NCBI GenBank assembly: GCA_030431515.1
Contig: JAUIIX010000010.1
Coordinates: 2,753-66,752, forward strand
Direction of reading: 5' to 3'
Source: a bacterium
GTDB taxonomy: Bacteria > Bacteroidota > Ignavibacteria > Kapaibacteriales > UBA2268
DNA length: 64,000 nucleotides
The notes beneath the pieces were generated by a model, which worked only from the letters and a program-made list of their open reading frames with translations, was not told where the DNA came from and did no database searches. Below are positions 38,956-49,499 of the stretch, piece after piece. Positions within the stretch are counted from its first letter, which is position 1, and the number at the start of each line of letters is the position of its first letter. The translations under genes and the position numbers were made by a program.

Positions 38956-40443
38956 ATGAAAAAATTTGATTTGTGTATAATTGGTGGTGGTCCTTCTGGA
39001 TATGCAGCTGCAATGCGAGCAATGGATTATGGTAAACGAACTGCAATTATTGAGAGAGGAAGGATAGGTGGTGCAGGGATATGGAATGGTGCTTTATCTT
39101 CTAAAACTCTTTGGGAACTTTCAGTTAATTATACAATTAGCCAATCACAAGGAATGGGATTTAGAGTTTATGATTCTGAGTTAATCTTTTCAGAAGTTAT
39201 AAGCCAAATGAATCAAGCTGTTCACGAGAAATATACCCAACTAAAAACTCAAATCGATTATTTTCAAAGACAAGGTTTGATTGAGTTTTTTAATGGACAT
39301 GGAAAATTAAAAACAAAGAATGAAATTGAAATTGGTTTTAAAGATAACCATTCTGAGTTAATTTGGGCTGATAATACTATACTTGCTATAGGTTCTAGAC
39401 CTCGGTATATACCTAATATTGAAATTGATGAGAAAATTATTCTTAGTTCTGATGGAATTTCATCTTTAGAAGATTTTCCTGAGTCTATGGTTATATTAGG
39501 TGCAGGTGTAATAGGATCTGAGTTTGCAACAGTATTTTCAAACTTTGGTAAGACAAAGGTTTATATTATAGATAAGCAAGATAAAATTCTTCCTTTTGAG
39601 GATAGAGATTTAGCTAATATTGTTTCTAATAATTTACAAAATAATGGCGTAACTATTCACCATGGTGCTAACTTAGAAAGAATGGATATAATTGATGGAA
39701 AAGTTGAGTATGAAATAAGTATTGATGGTAGAAAAGAGATATATAATGTTGAAAAAGCATTGATTTCAGTTGGTAGAGTACCGAATATTGAAAATTTAGG
39801 TTTAGAAGATATTGGTATAAAAATTAACGAACGTGGATATTGTATAGATGACGATACTCAAACTTGTGTTGATAATATTTATGCAGTTGGTGATTTTACA
39901 GCTGATATTGCATTAGTAAATGTTGGTGAACTTGAAGGGAGATATGCAGTTGAAAGAATTTTTGGGAATCCTCTCAAAAAGATTAATTATGATAATATTT
40001 CTACAATTATGTTTTTAAACCCAGCTATTGCTGGAGTAGGATTTAATGAAACTAAATGTAGAGAGATGAAAATACCTTATAAAGTGGCAACTATGCACTT
40101 TAAATATGTAAATCGTGCAATAGCAATGAGAAAGACTGAAGGTTTATTTAAAATATTAGTTACTGATGATGAGAATATGAATGTTTTGGGAATGCGTGCC
40201 TGCGGTAAACATGCTTCAAGTACAATAGAATCAATAGCTTTGTTGATTGATAAAAACCTTAGTATTCGTGAACTTGCTGAGTTAATTCACCCACATCCAT
40301 CTATTACAGAAGGTATTCAGGAATGCGCGAGGATGCTTTGTGGAAAATCTATAATTAAACCAGAAATATTTAATATGGACTTGAAATGTTATAGAGTATC
40401 AGAAGATGGAAGAATGAGTCCAATAAATTATATAAAGAAATAA
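38956..40443 (+). CDS. Class-I pyridine nucleotide-disulfide oxidoreductase homologue (Lpd/SthA-like) lacking the redox-active CxxxxC
   Basis: 495 aa with FAD motif IIGGGPSGYAAA, NAD motif ILGAGVIGSEFA, and dimerisation-domain HPHPSITEG. The usual GGTCLNVGCIPSK is replaced by GGAGIWNGALSSK. Confidence 0.8.
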   Translation: MKKFDLCIIGGGPSGYAAAMRAMDYGKRTAIIERGRIGGAGIWNGALSSKTLWELSVNYTISQSQGMGFRVYDSELIFSEVISQMNQAVHEKYTQLKTQIDYFQRQGLIEFFNGHGKLKTKNEIEIGFKDNHSELIWADNTILAIGSRPRYIPNIEIDEKIILSSDGISSLEDFPESMVILGAGVIGSEFATVFSNFGKTKVYIIDKQDKILPFEDRDLANIVSNNLQNNGVTIHHGANLERMDIIDGKVEYEISIDGRKEIYNVEKALISVGRVPNIENLGLEDIGIKINERGYCIDDDTQTCVDNIYAVGDFTADIALVNVGELEGRYAVERIFGNPLKKINYDNISTIMFLNPAIAGVGFNETKCREMKIPYKVATMHFKYVNRAIAMRKTEGLFKILVTDDENMNVLGMRACGKHASSTIESIALLIDKNLSIRELAELIHPHPSITEGIQECARMLCGKSIIKPEIFNMDLKCYRVSEDGRMSPINYIKK

Positions 40444-41252
40444 TGGCACATTCTACACCTCTAAAGTTATATTTTGGAAGAGACTTAGCAAATTTACTTA
40501 GTAGTAAATTGTTGGAAGTTTATCCTAAATTTGATTCAAAATCATTTTATAAATTGATAGATGAAAGATGTGATGATTTGGAATTGAAGGATAGAAATAT
40601 TCTGTTTGCTGAATCTTTAGAGAAGACTCTTACTGGTACATTTGGCAAGGATTTAGAAATTTTCATTAAGATTCTTGGTGATAAGAATAAAGAAGAAACA
40701 GGGATGTTTAATAATTATTATCATCTTTGGCCTATAGCAAGTTACATTGAATTATATGGACATAAAGATTTTCATCTTTCAATGAATTTTTGTGAAGAAC
40801 TTACTATGAGATTTACAAGTGAGTTTGCAGTTAGAAACTTGATTTTGTTAAATCCTGAAGAATCATTAGTTTATTTTAATAAATGGGCTATATCTGATAA
40901 TTTTCATGTTAGAAGATTAGCTTCAGAAGGTATCAGACCAAAACTTCCTTGGGCAAAAAAACTATCTTTATTTATTGATGATTATGAAAAAGTGTTTTCG
41001 ATTTTAGAGAAATTAAAAGATGATGATGTTAGATATGTTCAAAAATCAGTAGCAAATAATATTAATGATTATCTAAAACTTAATGAAGAAGCGGCTTTTT
41101 CTTTATTAGAGGAATGGTCTAAGTTCAAATCTAAGAATACTTTCTGGACTATTAAACACGCACTCCGCAATTATAAAAGAAAAAAAGATCCAAGGGCAAT
41201 GGATATAATAGACAAATCAGCTAAATTAAATAATATTGAAAGTTATAGATAA
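40443..41252 (+). CDS. HEAT-like-repeat DNA alkylation repair protein (AlkC/COG4335-like)
   Basis: 269 aa, all-helical, with NFHVRRLASEGIRPKLPWA and VRYVQKSVANNINDY motifs typical of this family. Confidence 0.65.
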   Translation: MAHSTPLKLYFGRDLANLLSSKLLEVYPKFDSKSFYKLIDERCDDLELKDRNILFAESLEKTLTGTFGKDLEIFIKILGDKNKEETGMFNNYYHLWPIASYIELYGHKDFHLSMNFCEELTMRFTSEFAVRNLILLNPEESLVYFNKWAISDNFHVRRLASEGIRPKLPWAKKLSLFIDDYEKVFSILEKLKDDDVRYVQKSVANNINDYLKLNEEAAFSLLEEWSKFKSKNTFWTIKHALRNYKRKKDPRAMDIIDKSAKLNNIESYR

Positions 41253-42150
41253 AAATAGCGATTTGATTAATGATTTTGCAGAAAAATTAAAGTTGGGCGA
41301 ACTAATTGTTATTCCGACAGAAACGGTTTATGGATTAGCTGCAAATGCTCTTGATGAAAATGCTGTTAAAAAGATTTTCGCTACAAAAGGGCGGCCTCAA
41401 GATAATCCCCTTATTATTCATACTTATTCTAAAGAAAAAATATTTGAATTTACTCAAAATCAACCCGATTATATTGGGAAACTAATTGATACTTTTATGC
41501 CTGGTCCTCTTACTTTGGTGCTTGACAAAAATCTAATTATTCCAAGTATAGTTTCTGCGGGCTTAAACACTGTTGCTATAAGAATACCGAATAATGAAGT
41601 TACTTTAAAATTATTAGAACTTGTTGATTTGCCTCTTGCGGCTCCGTCAGCGAATAAATCCGGAAGACCCAGTCCAACTAAGGCTCAACATATTCTCGAT
41701 GATTACAAGGCAGATGAGAGCATTTATGGATTAATTGATGATAGTGATTGCGAAGTTGGAATTGAATCAACTATAATTAAGTGTGAATCTGATAAAATAA
41801 TTATTTTACGTCCTGGTAAAATTAGCAAAGAAGATTTAGAAAATGTTGTAGATGTTAAAATTGAAGAGTATATTGGAAAAGAACTTTTATCTCCAGGTAT
41901 GAAGTATAAACATTACTCGCCCGATATTCCTGTACAAATTTCTAAAGATGTAATAGACAACGATAATACTTTAAATATCTCTTATATAAAGAGTAATATT
42001 GATACTATGAAGTTTGATGAAAGTAATATATATAGAATTTTTCGAGATGCTGAAAAAGGCAAGTTTAGTAAAATAAATATAATTGAAACAAAAGAATTAT
42101 TAAACAATATTGCCTTATACAACCGAATTAAGAAAGCTACTAATCAATGA
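41236..42150 (+). CDS. tsaC: L-threonylcarbamoyladenylate synthase (TsaC/Sua5, long form)
   Basis: 304 aa with a TTG start. Motifs IPTETVYGLAANA, KGRPQDNPLIIH and APSANKSGRPSPT, plus a Sua5 C-terminal domain. Confidence 0.85.
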   Translation: MKVIDKNSDLINDFAEKLKLGELIVIPTETVYGLAANALDENAVKKIFATKGRPQDNPLIIHTYSKEKIFEFTQNQPDYIGKLIDTFMPGPLTLVLDKNLIIPSIVSAGLNTVAIRIPNNEVTLKLLELVDLPLAAPSANKSGRPSPTKAQHILDDYKADESIYGLIDDSDCEVGIESTIIKCESDKIIILRPGKISKEDLENVVDVKIEEYIGKELLSPGMKYKHYSPDIPVQISKDVIDNDNTLNISYIKSNIDTMKFDESNIYRIFRDAEKGKFSKINIIETKELLNNIALYNRIKKATNQ

Positions 42151-42151
42151 G

Positions 42152-42973
42152 TTATACTATATTCAACTTAAATTCTTTGTTGAGTTTCTCGAATTGCTCT
42201 TCTGTTAATCCATAATGACCTATACTTTTTTCTTCACTGTAATATTTTCCGTGATAGTCTGAACCACCTGAAACATTAAGTTGATATTGTTTTACAAATG
42301 AAGCTAAACTACGAGTTGTATAGAAATTATGAGAAGGATGATATAATTCTAAGCATCTAAGCCCATATTTTATCATATTGTATATTTGTAATTGTGTGAA
42401 GTGTTTATTTGGATGAGCAAGTGAAACGAATCCACCTGCCTGTCTGACTAATTTTACTGCATCTTCAAAGCTAATAAAGTTAACTTTTGGTAGTGATACG
42501 TTTTCATTAGATAAGAAAGAAGTAAAAACTTCATATACATTTTTAGCAAGTTTCTTATCTATTAATTCATCTGCGATATGTGAGCGTGTTATAATTTCGC
42601 CATCTAATTTATCATATATTTCGTCAAAATCAATATCAACTTGTTGATTCTTTAATTGGTTAATGATATTTTTAGCTCTATTTATCCTTTGCTTTTTGAT
42701 AGAATCTAAATATGTATTTAGTTCAGGATTATTTTTATCAAAATTATAGGCAAGTAAGTGAATTTCTTTATTATTAAAGTAAACTGTAAGCTCAACACCA
42801 TAAATTATTTTAATGCCACTTATTTCTTCATTATATGCAGCAATTGTATCGTGGTCAGTAATGCTAAACACTTTAATATCGTGTGATTTTGCTTTGTTAA
42901 TTAATTCATTAACGCTTAATTTTCCGTCAGAGTATGTAGTATGTGAGTGTAAGTCTGCGTATATTTTATTCAT
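42152..42973 (-). CDS. PHP-domain phosphoesterase (TrpH/YciV-like)
   Basis: 273 aa with ADLHSHTTYSDG, ITDHD, LAHP and GGSDYHG metal-binding motifs. Confidence 0.8.
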   Translation of the reverse strand: MNKIYADLHSHTTYSDGKLSVNELINKAKSHDIKVFSITDHDTIAAYNEEISGIKIIYGVELTVYFNNKEIHLLAYNFDKNNPELNTYLDSIKKQRINRAKNIINQLKNQQVDIDFDEIYDKLDGEIITRSHIADELIDKKLAKNVYEVFTSFLSNENVSLPKVNFISFEDAVKLVRQAGGFVSLAHPNKHFTQLQIYNMIKYGLRCLELYHPSHNFYTTRSLASFVKQYQLNVSGGSDYHGKYYSEEKSIGHYGLTEEQFEKLNKEFKLNIV

Positions 42974-43472
42974 TTGTTCTCAGTTTGATAAATTCATCAG
43001 CAAGTAATTTTCTTGATTTTATTATTGATTCAGAAACTACTTTAACATCTGCGATTGTAGGCATAAAATTAGAATCTCCGTTCCATCTTGGTACAATATG
43101 ATAGTGTAAATGTTGCGGTAAACCAGCACCAGCTGCAGAACCAGCATTTACTCCTAAATTATAACCATGTGGATTATAGACATTTTTTACTGCTTGGATT
43201 GCTAATTTTAATACTTTATTAATTTCATCGTATTCACTTTCATTAAGTAAAGTAATATCAGCTACTTCCCTATTTGGTGCAATTAATATATGACCATTAT
43301 TATATGGGTACTTGTTCATTAATACAATCGAATAGTTGAATCGCGCAACTATAAGATATTTTTCATCATCAGTACTTTCAATTGCTTGAATTATAAAAGA
43401 TTTATCATCTTTTGTTTCAGCTTTAAAAGTATCCATATATTCGCTCCTCCAAGGAGACCACAATCTTTCCAT
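42966..43472 (-). CDS. HIT-family nucleotide hydrolase/transferase (Ap4A phosphorylase-like)
   Basis: 168 aa with LWSPWRSEY N-terminus and histidine triad HLHYHIVPRW. Confidence 0.85.
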   Translation of the reverse strand: MERLWSPWRSEYMDTFKAETKDDKSFIIQAIESTDDEKYLIVARFNYSIVLMNKYPYNNGHILIAPNREVADITLLNESEYDEINKVLKLAIQAVKNVYNPHGYNLGVNAGSAAGAGLPQHLHYHIVPRWNGDSNFMPTIADVKVVSESIIKSRKLLADEFIKLRTNE

Positions 43473-43487
43473 AATTCTAAAAAATTA

Positions 43488-43511
43488 AAGGATAGACTTT
43501 CGCCTATCCTT
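43488..43511 (-). terminator. Terminator hairpin after gap
   Basis: Stem AAGGATAG / CTATCCTT, with a U-rich tract on the minus strand. Confidence 0.5.
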
Positions 43512-43531
43512 AATATAAAATTTTTATAATA

Positions 43532-44545
<1,014 letters not shown>

Positions 44546-44576
44546 TTAACTTTTTATTTTGAAGAAAATAATTTTA

Positions 44577-44584
44577 CAAAATTA
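44577..44584 (-). promoter_or_regulatory. Putative -7 box (TAATTTTG on minus strand) for gap
   Basis: CAAAATTA on the plus strand, 53 nt upstream of the ATG at 44524. Confidence 0.4.
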
Positions 44585-44722
44585 ACATTTTTTTATTGAT
44601 ATATTCATTTTTGGAGGTATAAATATAATAATAAGATATACACATTTCTTTGATTGCTACTTTTCTAAAAATATTTTCAATATTTATTAAAATAAGAATT
44701 AAAAAAAAATGTCTTTAGCAAA

Positions 44723-45694
44723 ATGAATTATATAAAAGAATTATTAGATTTAAAGTCAAAAACTAGAAATACCGAGAGTAAAACAGAATTAACTCGTTTA
44801 AAAAAAAATATACTACGAATTGAAAGTAGATTAAAATCGCTTGTCAAAAATTCATTCTTGATTATTTTAGGTATTTTATCAGCAACATTAGGATTAAAAG
44901 GTTTTTTAATTCCAAATAATTTTATTGATGGTGGAGTTACAGGTATCTCACTAATAATATTCAGTTTATTTGATTACCCAATAGGATTACTATTGGTAGT
45001 GTTTAATATTCCTTTTCTATTATTAGGGCTTAAAAAATTAAATTTAAAATTAATTCTTAAAAGTATTGGAGCGATTACACTTTTAGCTGTTAGCGTTCAC
45101 TTCATAGATTTTCCAACAGTAACTGAAGACAAATTACTAATTGCAACATTTGGTGGATTATTTTTGGGTGGTGGAATTGGATTAGCTATAAGAGGTGGAG
45201 CAGTATTAGATGGAACTGAAATTTTAGCAATTGTATTGACTAAAGTAATTAACTTGAGTATTGGTGATTTTATTTTATTATTTAATATAATCATTTTTTC
45301 CTTTGCCGCTTATTTTATGTCAATCGAAATCGCACTTTACGCGATACTTACTTATATTGCTGCATCGAAAACTGTAGATTTTATAATTGATGGAATTGAA
45401 GAATATACTGAAATCACAATAATATCTGATTTGAATGAAGAAATTAGACAAAGAATTACTGAAGATCTTGGAAAAGGAGTTACTATTTTTAAAGGTAAAG
45501 GTGGCTACTCTATGAATAAAGAAGAATTAAAAGATCGTGATATTTTATACACTGTTCTAACAAGGTTGGAAATAAGTAATATACTTGAGATAATAAATGC
45601 AATTGATACTAAAGCATTTGTAATAATGAATAGTGTTAAAGACATAAAAGGTGGAATAATTAAAACTAAAGCACACCATAAACATATTCATTAA
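44723..45694 (+). CDS. YitT-family membrane protein with C-terminal DUF2179 domain
   Basis: 323 aa with 5-6 TM segments (GLKGFLIPNNFIDGGVTG), then a soluble GVTIFKGKGGYS...AFVIMNSV domain. Confidence 0.8.
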   Translation: MNYIKELLDLKSKTRNTESKTELTRLKKNILRIESRLKSLVKNSFLIILGILSATLGLKGFLIPNNFIDGGVTGISLIIFSLFDYPIGLLLVVFNIPFLLLGLKKLNLKLILKSIGAITLLAVSVHFIDFPTVTEDKLLIATFGGLFLGGGIGLAIRGGAVLDGTEILAIVLTKVINLSIGDFILLFNIIIFSFAAYFMSIEIALYAILTYIAASKTVDFIIDGIEEYTEITIISDLNEEIRQRITEDLGKGVTIFKGKGGYSMNKEELKDRDILYTVLTRLEISNILEIINAIDTKAFVIMNSVKDIKGGIIKTKAHHKHIH

Positions 45695-45709
45695 TATTTG
45701 AAAAGATGC

Positions 45710-46180
45710 TTATTCTTTTTCAATAAGCATCATATATTTTTCAGGGTCAACTTGTTCTTTTTCAGCAACAGTAATTTCTTTTACTATTCCATTAATTGGA
45801 GAGTAAAGAGTTGTTTCCATTTTCATCGCTTCTATTACTAACAAGGGGTCTCCCTCACTAACTTGTTGATTTAATTCAGCAATAACTTTTACAACATTTC
45901 CTGGCATTGGAGTAGTAATTTCTGCTCTATCTTCATTTTGGCTCTCATTTGTATATTCATCTTCTATTTCTGTGAATATATATTGTCTGCCTTCAATATT
46001 AATAAAGAACTTATCTTTAACTTTTTTCCCGTAAGCTATAATCTCTTTAGAATTAGTTTTAATTCTAAATTTATTGTTTGATAAATCATCAATTTTGATA
46101 ATTTTTTCTTCACCATTTATAATGATTTTATCTTTTGCACTTTCAATTTCGAATATTTCCGAGTCTTTTTTAACTTTCAT
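45710..46180 (-). CDS. Biotin carboxyl carrier-type biotinyl-domain protein
   Basis: 156 aa with a C-terminal biotinyl domain carrying the EAMKME attachment motif. Confidence 0.75.
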   Translation of the reverse strand: MKVKKDSEIFEIESAKDKIIINGEEKIIKIDDLSNNKFRIKTNSKEIIAYGKKVKDKFFINIEGRQYIFTEIEDEYTNESQNEDRAEITTPMPGNVVKVIAELNQQVSEGDPLLVIEAMKMETTLYSPINGIVKEITVAEKEQVDPEKYMMLIEKE

Positions 46181-46204
46181 TTTTATTATTCACAATTAAT
46201 ATTT

Positions 46205-46212
46205 TATTTTTG
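46205..46212 (+). promoter_or_regulatory. Putative -7 box TATTTTTG for the AlkD-like gene
   Basis: TAnnTTTG match 32 nt upstream of the ATG at 46244. Confidence 0.35.
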
Positions 46213-46243
46213 TTTAATATAAATCTCAAAATAATACTTTATT

Positions 46244-46918
46244 ATGAAAAAAATAAATCTTGAAGAAATAAAAAAGTTATTTCAAGCAAATTCTAATGAT
46301 GAAAATGCTTATAATATGTCTAAATATATGAAGAATAAGTTTGCTTATTATGGTATAAAAAAACCATTAAGCAATGAATTAATAAAGCCATATATGAGTA
46401 ATTTAAAGAATTATAGTGAAAAGGAAGTTTATAAAATTGTGAAAGAATTGTGGGAAGAAGATGAAAGAGAAATGCAATATCTTGCTTTAACTATAATTAA
46501 TTATTATTTCAAGAAAACTCCGATGGATATTAAATTTTTAGAAAAATTAATAGTTAAAAAATCTTGGTGGGACACCGTTGATAATCTAAGCAATCATACT
46601 GGTCTTTATTTTAAACATAATTTTGATAAGGAGATAATAGATAGATGGGTAGAATCTGATAATATTTGGTTGAATAGATCAGCAATATTATTTCAATTAA
46701 AATATAAGAATTTAATGAATGAACAGTTGCTAAGTGAGATAATCCTTAGACTTGTTCATAAAAAAGAATTTTTTATACAGAAAGCTATTGGTTGGGTTTT
46801 GAGAGAATATACAAGAACAAATCCTGAATTTGTTTTGGAATTTGTAGAAAAACATAAAATAGTTGGATTGGCAAAAAGAGAAGCATTAAGATTAATTCTA
46901 AAAAATAAACTTAATTAA
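46244..46918 (+). CDS. alkD: HEAT-like-repeat DNA glycosylase AlkD family
   Basis: 224 aa with KSWWDTVD, DNIWLNRSAILFQLKYK and EFFIQKAIGWVLREY motifs, which closely recall Bacillus cereus AlkD. Confidence 0.78.
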   Translation: MKKINLEEIKKLFQANSNDENAYNMSKYMKNKFAYYGIKKPLSNELIKPYMSNLKNYSEKEVYKIVKELWEEDEREMQYLALTIINYYFKKTPMDIKFLEKLIVKKSWWDTVDNLSNHTGLYFKHNFDKEIIDRWVESDNIWLNRSAILFQLKYKNLMNEQLLSEIILRLVHKKEFFIQKAIGWVLREYTRTNPEFVLEFVEKHKIVGLAKREALRLILKNKLN

Positions 46919-46939
46919 ATTTTGCTACGTCAATAATAA

Positions 46940-47338
46940 ATGAATAGTAAAAGTATATTAGATTTATTTTTCTTTAAAGAAAAAGAAAAAGGTAACAGAC
47001 CAGTTATAACAACGGGTGCGATTGTTTGGGGGACTTTATTAAGGTCTTTTATTTTAATGGTAGTAGCATTTTTTGCAGTAAAAAAATATATGCTTTACGA
47101 CCATATTTACTTAATAATCTTTATTATTTGGCTTTTCGTAGCAATGCCTGCCTATAATGCTTATAAAAATTTTGATAAGGAAATGGAAGAATTTCAAGAT
47201 TCTACTTTATGTGGAACTTGTGTTCATTTCGAAAAATCTGCTCAATTATGTAAAATATTTGATGAGCATCCAACAAAAGAATATATCCCCTGTGAGGGTC
47301 AAAGTTGGGAACCTAAATCTTATGAAGATACAATTTAA
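46940..47338 (+). CDS. Hypothetical 2-TM protein with C-terminal Cys cluster
   Basis: 132 aa with two TM helices, then CGTCVHFEKSAQLC...PCEG. Confidence 0.45.
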   Translation: MNSKSILDLFFFKEKEKGNRPVITTGAIVWGTLLRSFILMVVAFFAVKKYMLYDHIYLIIFIIWLFVAMPAYNAYKNFDKEMEEFQDSTLCGTCVHFEKSAQLCKIFDEHPTKEYIPCEGQSWEPKSYEDTI

Positions 47339-47356
47339 TCAATTTTAATTTTTGAT

Positions 47357-47845
47357 TTAATAATTTTTAACTACTCTGCGGATTTCTCTTTCGGTATCTC
47401 TTTTCTTAACTGTTTCTCGTTTATCAAAATTCTTTTTAGGTCTAACTAAAGCAATTTCAATTTTAACTAAATGTCCAGAAAAGTATATCTCAGTCGGTAC
47501 GATAGTGTATGCTTTTTCGTTTACCAAACTACGCCATCTAATTTGCTCTCTTTTGTGTAGCAATATTTTACGTCTTCGTTTTGGTTCATGATTATAAATA
47601 TTCCCTTGTTCATATTCTGCAATATGGATATTAACACAATACAAATCATCGTTATCTTTATTTGGAAAAAAACAATAAGCATCTTGGAGTGAACATTTAC
47701 CATTTCTAAGTGATTTTACTTCTGTTCCAGTCAATTGGATTCCAGCTTCAATTTTGCTTATTATTTCATAATTGAAGAATGCTTTTTTGTTGGAGGTGAT
47801 TAGTTTATAATCTCTTTTTCTATGTTCTGGTAAATTGTTATTCAT
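47357..47845 (-). CDS. smpB: SsrA-binding protein SmpB
   Basis: 162 aa with NKKAFFNYEI...EAGIQLTGTEVKSLR and a basic C-terminal tail. Confidence 0.9.
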   Translation of the reverse strand: MNNNLPEHRKRDYKLITSNKKAFFNYEIISKIEAGIQLTGTEVKSLRNGKCSLQDAYCFFPNKDNDDLYCVNIHIAEYEQGNIYNHEPKRRRKILLHKREQIRWRSLVNEKAYTIVPTEIYFSGHLVKIEIALVRPKKNFDKRETVKKRDTEREIRRVVKNY

Positions 47846-47860
47846 TTTTCTTTATAAATA

Positions 47861-47890
47861 AAAAACAAGAGACAAAAGTCCCTTGTTTAT
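47861..47890 (-). terminator. Terminator after rho
   Basis: Stem ACAAGAGAC / GTCCCTTGT (one mismatch). The A-run on the plus strand gives a U-run on the minus strand. Confidence 0.55.
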
Positions 47891-47910
47891 TTTAAAATAT
47901 TCATTATTAT

Positions 47911-49314
47911 TTATGAATTCATAGATTGAAGGAACTGATCGTTATCTTTAGTTCCTCTAAGTCTATCAAGAGTAAATTCCATAGCTTCTACTGGCTGCAT
48001 ATCAGCAAGTACTTTTCTTAATATCCATACTTTATTTAGTTCTTGAGCATCCATTATTAAGTCTTCTCTACGAGTACCAGAACGATTTACATCAATTGCT
48101 GGATAAACTCTTCTATCAGAGATTTGTCTATTTAATACTAGCTCCATGTTACCTGTACCTTTGAATTCTTCAAAGATAACTTCATCCATTCTAGAGCCGG
48201 TTTCAACTAAAGCTGTAGCTATAATTGATAATGAACCACCTTCTTCTACATTACGAGCCGCACCGAAAAATCTTTTAGGTTTGTGAAGTGCAAGTGCATC
48301 TACCCCACCAGAAAGTATTTTACCAGAGTGAGGTATAACTGTGTTATAAGCTCTAGCTAATCGAGTAATAGAGTCAAGTAAAATTACTACATCTTGTTTT
48401 GCTTCAACTAATCTCTTAGCTTTTTCGATTACCATTTCAGCAACCTGTACGTGCCTTTCAGCAGGTTCATCAAATGTAGAAGCAACTACTTCACCTTTGA
48501 CTGATCTTTCCATGTCAGTAACCTCTTCGGGTCTTTCATCGATAAGCAGGACGATTAATTTTACTTCTGGATGATTTTGAGCAATTGAATTTGCAAAATT
48601 TTTGAGAATAACTGTTTTACCTGATTTAGGTGGTGCAACTATTAATCCTCTTTGACCTTTTCCTATTGGAGATAGTAAATCAACAATTCTCATCGCATAT
48701 CCAGAGGATGCTGTTTCTAATCTAATTCTTTCGTCTGGGAAAAGTGGAGTTAAATTGTCAAATATTGTTCGATCTCTGATATTATCAGGACTAAGGAAGT
48801 TTACATCTTCTACTTTTAATAAAGCGTAAAATCTCTCACCCTCTTTTGGAGGTCTAACATGTCCTTTTATTGAATCACCAGTTCTTAGACTAAATTTTTT
48901 AATTTGAGAAGGAGAAACATAAATATCATCGGGAGAAGGTAGGTAGTTGTAACTTACAGATCTTAAGAATCCGTATCCGTCGGGCAGCACTTCAAGCACC
49001 CCTCCGCTGGTTAATACTTTTTCTTTTTTTTCAGATTCTTGAGGTGCTTGAGCATTTTTAAAATCCATAATAGCTTTGATTAATTCTTGCTTTCTTAAGC
49101 CGGATATGCTTTCCATACCCATTTCTTTAGCCATTGTTTGCAATTCAATTAATTTGCTTGATCTTAACTCAGCAATGTCAATTATTTCTGACTGTGATTC
49201 TGTAGTTTGTTCAACAACTCTGTTACTTGCAGCAGGTGCATTAACATTATAATTTTTTGGAAAAGAAGAACCTTTGCTAGGAGTGGTTCTTTTTCTCAGT
49301 CTTCTTTCTGTCAT
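47911..49314 (-). CDS. rho: Transcription termination factor Rho with ~45-aa basic N-terminal extension
   Basis: 467 aa with an RNA-binding domain ([15 protein letters not shown]), Walker [13 protein letters not shown] and the Q/R loop region. Confidence 0.96.
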   Translation of the reverse strand: MTERRLRKRTTPSKGSSFPKNYNVNAPAASNRVVEQTTESQSEIIDIAELRSSKLIELQTMAKEMGMESISGLRKQELIKAIMDFKNAQAPQESEKKEKVLTSGGVLEVLPDGYGFLRSVSYNYLPSPDDIYVSPSQIKKFSLRTGDSIKGHVRPPKEGERFYALLKVEDVNFLSPDNIRDRTIFDNLTPLFPDERIRLETASSGYAMRIVDLLSPIGKGQRGLIVAPPKSGKTVILKNFANSIAQNHPEVKLIVLLIDERPEEVTDMERSVKGEVVASTFDEPAERHVQVAEMVIEKAKRLVEAKQDVVILLDSITRLARAYNTVIPHSGKILSGGVDALALHKPKRFFGAARNVEEGGSLSIIATALVETGSRMDEVIFEEFKGTGNMELVLNRQISDRRVYPAIDVNRSGTRREDLIMDAQELNKVWILRKVLADMQPVEAMEFTLDRLRGTKDNDQFLQSMNS

Positions 49315-49408
49315 CTATTGATATCCTATGAAATAAATTTTATTTACCGGGGATTGAAATATTAAATCTTTGAGATGTATAATTTGGAAATCTCGCCGGT
49401 GAGCAATA

Positions 49409-49416
49409 CAAAATTA
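49409..49416 (-). promoter_or_regulatory. Putative -7 box (TAATTTTG on minus strand) for rho, implying a ~90-nt leader
   Basis: CAAAATTA on the plus strand, 95 nt upstream of the ATG at 49314. Confidence 0.35.
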
Positions 49417-49441
49417 AGATTTTTTAACTACAAAACAAAAT

Positions 49442-49476
49442 AAAAAAAGCACATATTAAAAATAATATGTGCTTTT
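49442..49476 (-). terminator. Terminator after the 1603-aa surface-protein gene
   Basis: Perfect 10-bp stem GCACATATTA (49449-49458) / TAATATGTGC (49463-49472), flanked by an A-run and a T-run. Confidence 0.7.
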
Positions 49477-49499
49477 ATATTAATTTGTTGTAAAATTAA

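Noticed and set aside
47357-47910. tmRNA (ssrA) adjacent to smpB.
   Set aside because: The flanking spacers are 18 and 65 nt and contain only the rho terminator hairpin. No tRNA-like acceptor/T-arm sequence is seen.
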